Part shown: positions 38,984 through 48,059 of the stretch, one piece after another
How the letters are laid out: each line of letters opens with the position of its first letter
Numbering within the stretch: the stretch's first letter is position 1
Source of the DNA: Dehalococcoidia bacterium
GTDB lineage: Bacteria; Chloroflexota; Dehalococcoidia; Lucifugimonadales; UBA1123
Assembly: GCA_963422295.1 (NCBI GenBank)
Contig: OY729417.1
Location: 2,049,210-2,113,209, forward strand
Length of the DNA stretch: 64,000 nucleotides
Direction: 5' to 3'
Notes under the pieces: generated by a model
What the model saw: the letters and a program-made list of their open reading frames with translations, nothing else
What the model was told of the DNA's origin: nothing
Database searches by the model: none
Program-made: the position numbers and the translations under genes

Positions 38984-39026
38984 TATATGGCAGCAACTGA
39001 TCTCGGCAGCCATATACTGCCGAGAT
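38984..39026. other. two overlapping, mutually exclusive hairpins between convergent genes
   Basis: ATCTCGGCAG (39000-39009) pairs with CTGCCGAGAT (39017-39026) over 10 bp. TATATGGC (38984-38991) pairs with GCCATATA (39009-39016) over 8 bp. No U-tract on either strand. Confidence 0.5.
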
Positions 39027-39112
39027 GTCGCGCGCCGGCTTTGGCGGCTGTGCTTATTTTCTGCGTTTGCACGACACTGTTACCCTGCTCTTGCTCTTAC
39101 TCCGTTACCTTC

Positions 39113-40075
39113 CTAGATTCCTAGCAGCCCCTCCAAGTTTCGCCAGAGTATCGCCTCTTTCTCCTCTACGCTCAGGCTTTCCAGCCCCATGATCCACGAT
39201 ACGGGCCAGTCTATGCACATGTCGTAGGGCCAGTCGGTGCCGAACAGCACTCTGTCTGCTCCTACGCGGTCGATGACATACCTGAGCGCTTCTTCGCTAT
39301 GGGTGATGGTGTCGTAGTAGAAGCGGTCGAGATATGCGCTGGGCGGACTGTCGAGGTTTCCGCGCGCCTCTGGCCGTACCTGCCATCCGCGATCCATTCT
39401 GCCGATGCCGAAGCAGGTGTAGCCGCCGGCGTGGGAGAGGCATATACGCAGGTCTGGGCAGGCGTCCATTACGCCGCCGTACACTAGGGCGGCGAAGGTT
39501 ACTGCCCTGTCTGCGAGATTGCCTATGGTGTTGGGCAGATGGTATCGGTTCGAGCGAGGGCTGACGACGGTCGGGCCGCCTTGGTGGATTAGTACGAAGG
39601 CGCCCAGACTTTCAGCCGCTTTCCAGAACGGCATGAACTCCGGCTCGTCGAATGTGCGCCCGTTTACATGGTCTCCGATCATCGCGCCTTTCAGCCCGAG
39701 ATCGCATACGCTTCGTTCCAGCTCTGCGACGGCTGTGGGAACATCCTGCATCGGGAGCGTGGCGAGTCCGGCGAATCTGTCCGGATGGTCAGCTGCCAGC
39801 TGCGATACATAGTCGTTGCAGTCGCGCGCCATAGCTGCGGCAGCGTCCGCCTCTCTGTCATAGCAGTACAGCACGGCGTTCGTAGAGAGCACCTGTACAT
39901 CGACGCCCAGCGAGTCCATATCTGCCAGCCGTTCGGAGGGTGTCCAAGTCGTGCGCGGGTTGTGCAGATGCGCGGGGACGGCTCCCGCCGTTATGCCGTG
40001 CCAGTCTTCGCCAGCGTTCATGGCGTCGATGAAAGCCTGCGGCGATATGTGAGCGTGAATGTCTATTGCGCGCAT
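39113..40075 (-). CDS. amidohydrolase-2 family protein (ACMSD-like decarboxylase/hydrolase)
   Basis: N-terminal IDIHAHI HxH motif and GTDWPY near the C-terminus. Confidence 0.75.
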   Translation of the reverse strand: MRAIDIHAHISPQAFIDAMNAGEDWHGITAGAVPAHLHNPRTTWTPSERLADMDSLGVDVQVLSTNAVLYCYDREADAAAAMARDCNDYVSQLAADHPDRFAGLATLPMQDVPTAVAELERSVCDLGLKGAMIGDHVNGRTFDEPEFMPFWKAAESLGAFVLIHQGGPTVVSPRSNRYHLPNTIGNLADRAVTFAALVYGGVMDACPDLRICLSHAGGYTCFGIGRMDRGWQVRPEARGNLDSPPSAYLDRFYYDTITHSEEALRYVIDRVGADRVLFGTDWPYDMCIDWPVSWIMGLESLSVEEKEAILWRNLEGLLGI

Positions 40076-40164
40076 GAGGATTCTCTCTTTCTCGTATCTC
40101 TAATTTTTCTTTCTCAATGATATTCGTTCGATAGATGGAGATAGATGGATAGGTGAGAGGGTTC

Positions 40165-40959
40165 TTATCGCGGAGGGCTGATCAGCGTTACGCCGCCATC
40201 GACTGGGAAGTTGACGCCTGTCACCCATCGCGCTTCGTCGCTGGCGAGATAGACAGCGGCCCAGCCGATGTCCCATGGACTACCCTCGATTCCGAGTGGA
40301 GAGGACGCCCGCCGCGTTTCTCGCCGTTCCGCCGACATGCCGGGCGCGACCATGGATGAGAATACAGGGCCGGGCAGAATGCAGTTGACGCGAACGCCTT
40401 CTGCCGCGTGATCGACCGCCATTCCCTGCGTCAGCGCCATGACGCCGCCTTTAGACACTGTGTATGCGGTCAAACCTCGCGGCCGTATGGCCGAAATGGA
40501 GGATATGTTAATGATTGAACCTCCACCGGTTGCCGCCATTGCTGGGATTGCATATTTGCTCATCAGCATCATGGATTTGATATTGACCTTCATTACGCGG
40601 TCCCACTCGTCCGAGTCTGCCTCTACGACGGTGCCTCGACCTCCGATGCCGACATTGTTATGCAGGATGTCTAGCCGTCCGTAACGGCTCAGTGCGGTAT
40701 CTATAATCTCGCGGCATGTATCCTGCGATGTTACATCGCCGATGAAGGCGGATGCGCTGCCGCCGTCCGCTTCTATCATACTCAGCGTGCGTGCGACGCG
40801 CTTTTCTTCGGTATCGACTAGCAGCGTATCCGCCCCTTCGCGCGCGAACAGCGCGGCGGCAGCCTGCCCGTTCCCTATGACATTCGCGTCCGCTCCCGCG
40901 CCTGTTACTATGGCAACCTTCCCAGCAAGGCGAGGCCGTCTTTCTATCGGAACAGTCAT
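40165..40959 (-). CDS. SDR-family oxidoreductase
   Basis: KVAIVTGAG, NNVG and YTVSKGG (YxxxK) motifs. ATG 40959, preceded by AAGGGGGA, is chosen over the longer ORF. Confidence 0.8.
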   Translation of the reverse strand: MTVPIERRPRLAGKVAIVTGAGADANVIGNGQAAAALFAREGADTLLVDTEEKRVARTLSMIEADGGSASAFIGDVTSQDTCREIIDTALSRYGRLDILHNNVGIGGRGTVVEADSDEWDRVMKVNIKSMMLMSKYAIPAMAATGGGSIINISSISAIRPRGLTAYTVSKGGVMALTQGMAVDHAAEGVRVNCILPGPVFSSMVAPGMSAERRETRRASSPLGIEGSPWDIGWAAVYLASDEARWVTGVNFPVDGGVTLISPPR

Positions 40960-41279
40960 TATATCCAAGTCCCCCTTTTCGAGAGTGAATCGTCGCAGTG
41001 CCGTGACAGCAGCGAATTGGATTGTATCACCTATTACTATTGTGAGACGCGGTGTTCGCGGGAACGCTCGCCGCTCGTACACGCTCCACCTGTTGGCGTT
41101 CTGATACTCGGCGTCTGTGATGCTCAACTCGCAGACTATGCAGGCGCGCTAGACGATGTTATATTAGCTTTAGGATGGTCTATTTGGGGATCGAGCTTAA
41201 TAGCATCACTTATTCTGACGATTCGGGGGCCAGAAATCTCTAGCTGATACCGAAATAACACGGCGATAGGGAGGCAGAT

Positions 41280-42722
41280 ATGACTACTGCGGTGACAGAC
41301 CTGCAGCTGATTGCTCATCTCACGCGGCGCGCGGGTTTTGGAGCGAGCCGAGAGCAGCTGGAAAGATACGCCGAGATCGGATATGACGCAACGGTCGATG
41401 AGCTGTTGAACCCGGCCAGCCGGGATTCGATGTCCGACCACCTGATCAGACGCTATCACCATGAGCAGTCGGGGATGATGGGACAGCTCAGCCCCGGCTC
41501 TTATTGGATATACAAGCTGGCGACTTCCACCGACCCATTGCAGGAGAAGATGGCTCTGTTCTGGCACGGTATCTTTGCAACCGGGTATCCGAAGATAACG
41601 CAGGGCAAGGTGCTGAGCGACCAGATCAGAATGTTTCGTCGGTACGGTATGGGCAGCTTTCGGAAGTTGCTGACGGAGCTGGCGAAAGACCCGGCTATGA
41701 TTGTCTGGCTGGACAACCATGACAATCACAAGGGAGCGATCAACGAAAACTTCGGCAGGGAGTTGCTGGAGTTGTTTTCGATGGGCGTCGGCAATTACAG
41801 CGAGGATGATATCAAGGAGGCGTCTCGCGCCTTCACCGGTTGGACGATTGGCAATGCCGAGTATATGTCGCTGCGCGCCGAGCGCGATTCTATCTGGCCC
41901 TATGGCCGCATCGCATGGCATTTCCGATTCGACTCCGACGATCACGATGCCGGCGAAAAGGAGTTCCTAGGGCACAGAGGCAATCTCACAGGAGAGGAGA
42001 TCGTCGATATAATCTGTAAGCAGGAAGCGGCAGCGAGGTTCATATCTCGACATATGTACCACTTCTTCGTCGCCGATGAACCGCCCGTCCCGCAGTGGCC
42101 CTATGTCGAGCCGCAAGACCCGGAGGCGATAGATATTCTATCTAAAGCCTACTTCGAGGGTGACGGCGATATTAGCCATATGCTGCGTGTGCTGTTCACA
42201 TCGGATTTCTTCAAGTCTCAGGATTCGTGGTACGCGCGCGTCAAGAGCCCGGCGGAGCTGGTTGCGGGTGTCCTGCGGCTGACCGAAGAGTTCCGACGAC
42301 CAAAACGGCAGATCGTCGAACGCCAGCAGCAGATGACATGGATGGGGCAGTATCTCATCAACCCGCCTTCCGTAGAAGGATGGCATGAGGGGTTGGAATG
42401 GATAGATACTGGCACTTTCGTCGAGCGGCTGAACTTTGCTTCTAGTCAGCTGGGCAATACCGCGCATCCTGGTATTCGCTCTCTCATCGAGCGGGTGGCT
42501 ACGAACGGAGGTTCCGCTGTCGCCCCGTCCACCCTCGTGGATCGCTGTCTGGACGAGATAGGCATGCTCTCCATCTCGGATGAGACGCGAGCCGGTCTGA
42601 TCGCGTATGCGTCGGCGGGCGGCGACCTGATCGCCAACCCTGAGCTGGACGCAGAGACTGAGCAGCGCATTGCGCAGCTGCTCCAGATGATAGCCGCTAC
42701 ACACGAGTTTCAGCGAGCATAG
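41280..42722 (+). CDS. DUF1800 domain protein (no signal peptide seen)
   Basis: LTRRAGFGAS N-terminal motif and the LALFWHGIFAT and ELFSMGVGNYSEDDIKEASRAFTGW motifs typical of DUF1800. RBS GGGAGG. Confidence 0.75.
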   Translation: MTTAVTDLQLIAHLTRRAGFGASREQLERYAEIGYDATVDELLNPASRDSMSDHLIRRYHHEQSGMMGQLSPGSYWIYKLATSTDPLQEKMALFWHGIFATGYPKITQGKVLSDQIRMFRRYGMGSFRKLLTELAKDPAMIVWLDNHDNHKGAINENFGRELLELFSMGVGNYSEDDIKEASRAFTGWTIGNAEYMSLRAERDSIWPYGRIAWHFRFDSDDHDAGEKEFLGHRGNLTGEEIVDIICKQEAAARFISRHMYHFFVADEPPVPQWPYVEPQDPEAIDILSKAYFEGDGDISHMLRVLFTSDFFKSQDSWYARVKSPAELVAGVLRLTEEFRRPKRQIVERQQQMTWMGQYLINPPSVEGWHEGLEWIDTGTFVERLNFASSQLGNTAHPGIRSLIERVATNGGSAVAPSTLVDRCLDEIGMLSISDETRAGLIAYASAGGDLIANPELDAETEQRIAQLLQMIAATHEFQRA

Positions 42723-42771
42723 GCGCGCGCTGCCTCTGAGTGTTGCGTGTCTTGAAAGGGGGTGGAGAGCC

Positions 42772-43797
42772 ATGACTACGCTCGAAACGATTCGACAAGA
42801 GATGGTGTACAGCCACACCATCGGCCTATCGACTATGGAGGGACGGGGGTTTTACTATCCCGTAGATACGCTCTGCGGCAACGATGGCAGACTGTACACG
42901 ATAAGCCGCTCGTTAGAGGGAGATACGCGCGGTGTTCGCGTGACGGTCTATGATATTGACAGTGAGTACTACGGCACCTTTGCGTCTTATGGCGAGGACG
43001 CGGGACAGTTCATATGGCCTGTCGCCATCGCGCAAAACAGCGTTGGTCATATCTATATTAGTGACGAGGATAAGAACATCGTCACCGGTTTCGACGCTTC
43101 CGGAAGCGTCGTTCATCATTGGGGTGAGACTGGCAGCGCGCGTGGACAGCTGGACGGCCCGGCAGGGCTTGCGTTCGACGCGGACGATCGTCTGTATGTC
43201 GCGGATCAGCACAATCACCGTATCCAAGTGTTCGCTTCCGATGGCGAGCTGCTGGACTGTTTTGGGGCGCACGGCTCGGCGGCTGGAGAGTTTAGCCTGC
43301 CATGGGGCGTCTCTGTCGGGCCGGATGACTGCTTGTATGTCGCCGATTGGCAGAACGACCGCGTACAGAAGCTGACGCTAGATGGTGAGTTCGTCGCGGT
43401 GTTTGGAAGCTCCGGACGCGGCGAGGGACAGCTATTCAAGCCGTCTGGCGTGGCGGTGGATACCGAAGGTTGTGTCTATGTCGCCGACTGGGGCAACGAG
43501 CGTGTCGTGGTGTTCGATGCGGATGGCCGCCAGATTCAGAGCATGCGCGGGGATGCCACCGATTCCAAATGGGCGGATGCGTTTTTATCTATCAACCGTG
43601 AAGAGGCCGCCGCCAGATCGCGCGCCAATTTGGAATTGGAGATGGACTTCTTCATAGATGACCCGCATGAAGAGTCTTCCCACATCGAGAAATACTTTTG
43701 GGCGCCTACATCCGTCAAGCTGGATGCCGAAGGCCGTATGTATGTTACCGAAAGCAACCGACACCGGGTTCAGATATATCGGCCAGCATGTGACTGA
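42772..43797 (+). CDS. NHL-repeat beta-propeller protein
   Basis: Repeated YVAD(Q/W).N.R(I/V)(Q/V) blades (YVADQHNHRIQVF, YVADWQNDRVQKL, YVADWGNERVVVF, YVTESNRHRVQIY). Confidence 0.75.
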   Translation: MTTLETIRQEMVYSHTIGLSTMEGRGFYYPVDTLCGNDGRLYTISRSLEGDTRGVRVTVYDIDSEYYGTFASYGEDAGQFIWPVAIAQNSVGHIYISDEDKNIVTGFDASGSVVHHWGETGSARGQLDGPAGLAFDADDRLYVADQHNHRIQVFASDGELLDCFGAHGSAAGEFSLPWGVSVGPDDCLYVADWQNDRVQKLTLDGEFVAVFGSSGRGEGQLFKPSGVAVDTEGCVYVADWGNERVVVFDADGRQIQSMRGDATDSKWADAFLSINREEAAARSRANLELEMDFFIDDPHEESSHIEKYFWAPTSVKLDAEGRMYVTESNRHRVQIYRPACD

Positions 43798-43928
43798 GAG
43801 GCATCTTTTTAGTTCCGGCGGCTCATCGCGACGGCTCATCACGATGGTGAATGCGCTGTTGGTGGTTGCACTGTCGATAATTATGCTGTCATAGGCCATC
43901 GGCTTAGCAAGAAGAGGGGAGCAATACT

Positions 43929-45068
43929 ATGGCTACGACTAACGGGAACGGCCACGACAAGACGGTGGTTGTGCTTCAGCTGAGCGGCGGCAATGACGCG
44001 CTGAACACTGTCATCCCATACGGCGATGATCTCTATTATGACCATCGCCCCTATCTCGGCATCCCCCAGGAAAAAGTGCTGCACTTAGATAACAAGCTGG
44101 GGTTGAACCCGGCGATGGTCTCCATGAAATCGCTTTGGGATGAGGGTAAAGTCGCGGTCATCAACGGCATTGGATACCCCAGCCCGAACAGGTCGCACTT
44201 CCGCTCGATGGATGTTTGGCATACCGCCCAGCCTGCGGATGTCGCCCCTGAAGGCTGGCTCGGCCAGGCTATTCGAGACCTCGACCCGCGTGGGGAGAAT
44301 GTCGTAACCGGAGTCAACTTCGGCAGAGGATTGCCGCGCGCTATGTATGCGAAGGATGTTCCCGTCGCCTCTGTCGGCAACCTCGAGACCTATGGCTTGA
44401 TGCCGGATATTCAGGAGGAGTCCGCGCGCAAGCTCGCGCTCGAAGCGTTCTCTCAGATATACGGCGGCTCCGGAAAAGACACCATATCGCAGTTCATAAG
44501 CCAAGTGGGCATGGATGCGCTAAAGGGCGCAGATATACTGCGAACCGCTCCGAACTCATACTCTTCCAGCGTCGAATATGCCGATACGCCCATCGCGCAG
44601 AACATGAAGGGTATCGCCCAGGTGATGTTCGCGGATGTCGGGACACGCGTTTTCTATACGCAGCATGGCAGCTTCGACACTCATGCCAACGAGCTCGCCG
44701 CGCACGCCAAACTGTGGGGCGATGTATCCACCGCCGTCGCAGACTTCATGGATGATCTCAAAGAACACGGCAGAGACAAGGATACGGTCGTGTTGATGTT
44801 CTCCGAGTTCGGGCGTCGCATCAACGATAATGGCGCGGGAACCGATCACGGCTCTGGCGGAGTCGCGTTCGTTATCGGCGGCGATGTGAACGGCGGCCTC
44901 TACGGAGACTTCCCGTCGCTTCGCCCTGAAGACCAGCTGGAGGGCGATATGCACTTCAGTAACGATTTCCGCATTACATATTCGACCATCCTAGATCGCT
45001 GGCTCGGACTCGACCCGGTTCCGATCACCAACGGCAGCTTCGAGCAGTTCGACTTCATTCGGAACTAG
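43929..45068 (+). CDS. DUF1501 domain protein (sulfatase/alkaline-phosphatase-like fold; no Tat/Sec signal seen)
   Basis: VVLQLSGGNDALNTVIP, GYPSPNRSHFRSMD..WHT and EFGRRINDNGAGTDHG motifs. An in-frame TAG 24 nt upstream of the ATG excludes a longer N-terminus. Confidence 0.8.
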   Translation: MATTNGNGHDKTVVVLQLSGGNDALNTVIPYGDDLYYDHRPYLGIPQEKVLHLDNKLGLNPAMVSMKSLWDEGKVAVINGIGYPSPNRSHFRSMDVWHTAQPADVAPEGWLGQAIRDLDPRGENVVTGVNFGRGLPRAMYAKDVPVASVGNLETYGLMPDIQEESARKLALEAFSQIYGGSGKDTISQFISQVGMDALKGADILRTAPNSYSSSVEYADTPIAQNMKGIAQVMFADVGTRVFYTQHGSFDTHANELAAHAKLWGDVSTAVADFMDDLKEHGRDKDTVVLMFSEFGRRINDNGAGTDHGSGGVAFVIGGDVNGGLYGDFPSLRPEDQLEGDMHFSNDFRITYSTILDRWLGLDPVPITNGSFEQFDFIRN

Positions 45069-45190
45069 CGTTCCGGTTCTATATCCGGAACTAGCGTTCC
45101 GGTTCTATATCCGGAACTAGCGTTCCGGTTCTATATCCGGAACTAGCGTTCCGGTTCTATATCCGGAACTAGCGTTCCGGTTCTATATTA
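45060..45190. repeat. five tandem 26-bp units, each a CCGGAAC-TAGC-GTTCCGG palindrome plus a TTCTATAT spacer
   Basis: Units start at 45061, 45087, 45113, 45139 and 45165. Copies are identical except for the ends. Unit 1 contains the last codons and the TAG stop of the DUF1501 gene. Confidence 0.95.
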
Positions 45191-45196
45191 TGAGAA

Positions 45197-45225
45197 GGGG
45201 CGGAGGTTCTACGAACCTCCGCCCC
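45197..45225. terminator. strong GC hairpin, likely bidirectional terminator between convergent genes
   Basis: GGGGCGGAGGTTC-TAC-GAACCTCCGCCCC forms a perfect 13-bp stem. The U-tract is weak. Confidence 0.65.
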
Positions 45226-45253
45226 TGCCTTTATCCATCTGCCAAGCGTTCTC

Positions 45254-47347
45254 TTAGTCGGAGCGCGCAAGCTGTTTTGGATTTAGTATTAGATTGCCGA
45301 ATTCGTCCGCTCTCGCTGCGAAGGCGGGGGATATAAGCGTCGTCGCATCCGCCTGCTCCACGATTGCGGGGCCGTCGATATTCGTTCCAGTGGCGATGTG
45401 TTCCCGGAGATATACCGGCGTATCTGCATATCCAGTCTCTCTGGAGAACATCGTCTGCCGAATGGAGACAGGCTTGGGCGTTCCCGATTGTGCGCGCGAC
45501 GATGGCTGAGGCCCGTGGCGGGGCAGGCTGCCCACTGCGGTTACGCGCAGGTTGACCAGCTCCACGCTCTGGCGCGGCAGATCGTATGTGTAAAGCCTGC
45601 GGTGCAGTTCGTGAAAGTTATTCTCCATGTCGGCAATCGTTTGCTGCGTAACAGCCCCCGATGGAACATCGACTGTAATTTCCCAGCCCTGATGCTGGTA
45701 TCGCAGATCTGCGGAGCGTGTTATCTGCCGAGCGTTCTCGGCGACTTGCTGCCGGTCGAGCCACTCCCGCGCCTGCGACTCCAACTGAGCGTAGGAGCGC
45801 GCTATATTTTCTACTGAACGCGATTCTGAAGACTCATTGCCGGCCCTATCCCCGTGAACGAAAGTCCGAACATAGTCGTTTCGGAGATCGGTGAATAGGA
45901 GTCCGTAGGTGGACAGCACCCCCGGCGTTGGCGGCACTATGATCGTTTGCATTCCCAGAAGCGATGCCAGCGCGCATGCGTGCAACGGCCCTGCGCCTCC
46001 GAACGCGATCAGCGCGAAGTCTTTTGGGTCGAGACCTCTTCCGATGGATACTTCTCTCATGGCGCCTGCCATGTTGCCGTCGGCTATCTCGACGACACCG
46101 GCGGCGGCGTCTTCGATCGTCATGTTCAGCGGGGCTGCGATAGCGTCTTCGATAGCGCGCCGCGACAGCTCCACATCCAGATGCATTCCGCCGCCGAGCA
46201 GGTGATTAGGCAGGTGTCCTAGAATTAACCTTGCGTCCGTCACGGTCGGCTCGCTTCCGCCTCTTCCGTAGCAGGCCGGGCCGGGTTCGGCGCCGGCGCT
46301 TTCGGGGCCGACGCGAAGCGCGCCTGTGGTCGATACTCTTGCGACGCTTCCGCCGCCGGCGCCGATCGTAGATATGTCCAGCATCGGCAGGCGAAGCGGC
46401 AGGCCTCCGATGCTGCGCTCCACCGTCATCTCAGGGCGACCGTCGCGCACGAGGCATATGTCTGCGCTGGTGCCTCCAACATCCACTGATATGAAGCTGG
46501 CTCGTTTCGCGGCGTCAGAGACGCGGTTTGCGCCGATGACGCCCGCCACCGGCCCTGACAGCACCGTGTGAATGGCCTGTCGCGCCGCGAGGTCTGCGCT
46601 GGTTACGCCTCCGTTGGATTTCATCACGAACAGCGGCGCGCGCAGCCCCTCGCGCTGAGCCGCGGATTCGAGTCCGCTCAAATAGCGTCCGACACGGGGC
46701 ATTACATATGCGTTCAGCGTGGTTGCTACTGTGCGTTCGAACTCTCTGAACTGCGGCAGCGCCTCGCTCGAAAGCGAAACAGGGATATTCGGCAGCTCTT
46801 CTCGCAATATCTCCGCCGCTCTGCGCTCGTGCGTATCGTTCGCATAGGAATATAGGAAGCAAACAGCCACAGCTTCGATCTCCATATCGCGCAGGGAACG
46901 CGCCGCCGCGCGGCAGTCGTCCTCGTCTAGCGCGGTCAGAACCGACCCAGTTCGGTCGAGCCGTTCCGTCACCTCGAATATACGATTTGGAGGCACTGGT
47001 CTCTCTGGTTTGACCCAGCCGTAGATATTGTTTCCGCGCGGGATGTCGTGTCTGCCGATTTCTAGTACATACTTGAATCCGCGTGTGGTCAGCAGGCCGA
47101 TGGTTGCGGGTCTTCGCTCGATGACGGAGTTCGTGGCGATGGTGGTGCCGTGAAACAGACGCGATACTTCATCGGGCGTGGCTTCGGCTGTTTCCAAGCC
47201 GCGCCGGATGCCGTCCATGAATCCCTCTGCAGGGTCTGCGGGTGTCGATGGTGTCTTGACAGTCCACAGCTCGCCGCTTTCGGTATTCTGAACGACGATG
47301 TCTGTGAATGTGCCGCCTATATCGACTGCGACATAGTATCTGGACAT
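45254..47347 (-). CDS. hydantoinase/oxoprolinase A-type (HyuA-like) protein
   Basis: YYVAVDIGGTFTDIV and VDVGGTSADI ATPase motifs. ATG 47347 is chosen over the longer ORF. Confidence 0.8.
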   Translation of the reverse strand: MSRYYVAVDIGGTFTDIVVQNTESGELWTVKTPSTPADPAEGFMDGIRRGLETAEATPDEVSRLFHGTTIATNSVIERRPATIGLLTTRGFKYVLEIGRHDIPRGNNIYGWVKPERPVPPNRIFEVTERLDRTGSVLTALDEDDCRAAARSLRDMEIEAVAVCFLYSYANDTHERRAAEILREELPNIPVSLSSEALPQFREFERTVATTLNAYVMPRVGRYLSGLESAAQREGLRAPLFVMKSNGGVTSADLAARQAIHTVLSGPVAGVIGANRVSDAAKRASFISVDVGGTSADICLVRDGRPEMTVERSIGGLPLRLPMLDISTIGAGGGSVARVSTTGALRVGPESAGAEPGPACYGRGGSEPTVTDARLILGHLPNHLLGGGMHLDVELSRRAIEDAIAAPLNMTIEDAAAGVVEIADGNMAGAMREVSIGRGLDPKDFALIAFGGAGPLHACALASLLGMQTIIVPPTPGVLSTYGLLFTDLRNDYVRTFVHGDRAGNESSESRSVENIARSYAQLESQAREWLDRQQVAENARQITRSADLRYQHQGWEITVDVPSGAVTQQTIADMENNFHELHRRLYTYDLPRQSVELVNLRVTAVGSLPRHGPQPSSRAQSGTPKPVSIRQTMFSRETGYADTPVYLREHIATGTNIDGPAIVEQADATTLISPAFAARADEFGNLILNPKQLARSD

Positions 47348-47358
47348 ATCTATCCGAT

Positions 47359-47685
47359 CTATCCGAGCGGGGAATAGTCTGTTGGTGTCAGCAGGGAGTT
47401 GAACACCCTCGCTACCAGCGCGCCGTCGGCTTCGGATTCTTCCCGAACTCGCGCCCAATCCGGATCTTGTCGGAACGCTGCCCACGCCCGTTCACGGTGC
47501 GCTTCGTCCTCGAACGCGATGATGTAGATGAGTCTGTCGGAATAGTCTCCGACCGCCGATGTCCAGTATCCGATGTTTTTGATGCCATGCCGTTCGAAAA
47601 TCCCCAGTGTGTGATTTCTGAACCTAGAGTTGAGCGCTTCCAGCTTTCCGGGCGCAGCTTCGTAAACGCGGTATTCGTATATCAC
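47359..47685 (-). CDS. NIPSNAP family protein
   Basis: A 108-aa protein beginning MIYEYRVYE...G.L..... with a dimeric alpha-beta-barrel-like pattern typical of NIPSNAP. Confidence 0.65.
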   Translation of the reverse strand: MIYEYRVYEAAPGKLEALNSRFRNHTLGIFERHGIKNIGYWTSAVGDYSDRLIYIIAFEDEAHRERAWAAFRQDPDWARVREESEADGALVARVFNSLLTPTDYSPLG

Positions 47686-47986
47686 AGTCTCTTCTCCTTA
47701 ATATCTGTAGGGTTATTCGCTGTTAATCGCCGGGCATCTCCGCCTCGATGTTTCGACAGATGGGATTCTGTAGTTGGATTTTACCACTAGGAGCGCGATT
47801 GGTTAACCCTGCATCTGCCGGGTATCGGCTTCGGATTTGCGCGAATGGGTTTTCAGGCGGCGCGCTCCATGTTACAATCATGCTATAAAAATAATCGTAG
47901 GGAGTGGGAATGTCGGACAGGAGGGGCTTCGGCGTGGTGAGCGTTCGAAGGTCTGAGCTTTATAAGATGGAAGATCTTTCGGCAGG

Positions 47987-48015
47987 TTTACCTGTCGTTG
48001 GGCATTTCTTATAAT
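47987..48015 (+). promoter_or_regulatory. candidate sigma-70 promoter for rpsA
   Basis: TTTACC (47987-47992), a 17-nt spacer, then TATAAT (48010-48015). Confidence 0.4.
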
Positions 48016-48059
48016 AAATCTTGACAATCTGATCGACATTAGACCGGAAAGATGCAGGA

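Noticed and set aside
38915-39124. A 69-aa plus-strand ORF with a hydrophobic, Cys-rich tail in the ARH/amidohydrolase spacer.
   Set aside because: It has a GTG start without an RBS, overlaps the hairpin structures and the 3' end of the convergent gene, and has no family resemblance.
45060-45190. The tandem 26-bp repeats considered as a CRISPR array.
   Set aside because: The units abut directly with no unique spacers, the unit is short, and no cas genes are present. It is reported as a palindromic tandem repeat instead.
47686-48059. The 374-bp divergent spacer upstream of rpsA, examined for a structured ncRNA (SRP, 6S or riboswitch) or a 34-codon mini-ORF (ATG at about 47919).
   Set aside because: I could not recognise any conserved ncRNA core motif by eye, and the mini-ORF lacks an RBS. 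Only a plausible promoter is reported. A covariance-model scan would be needed to say more.
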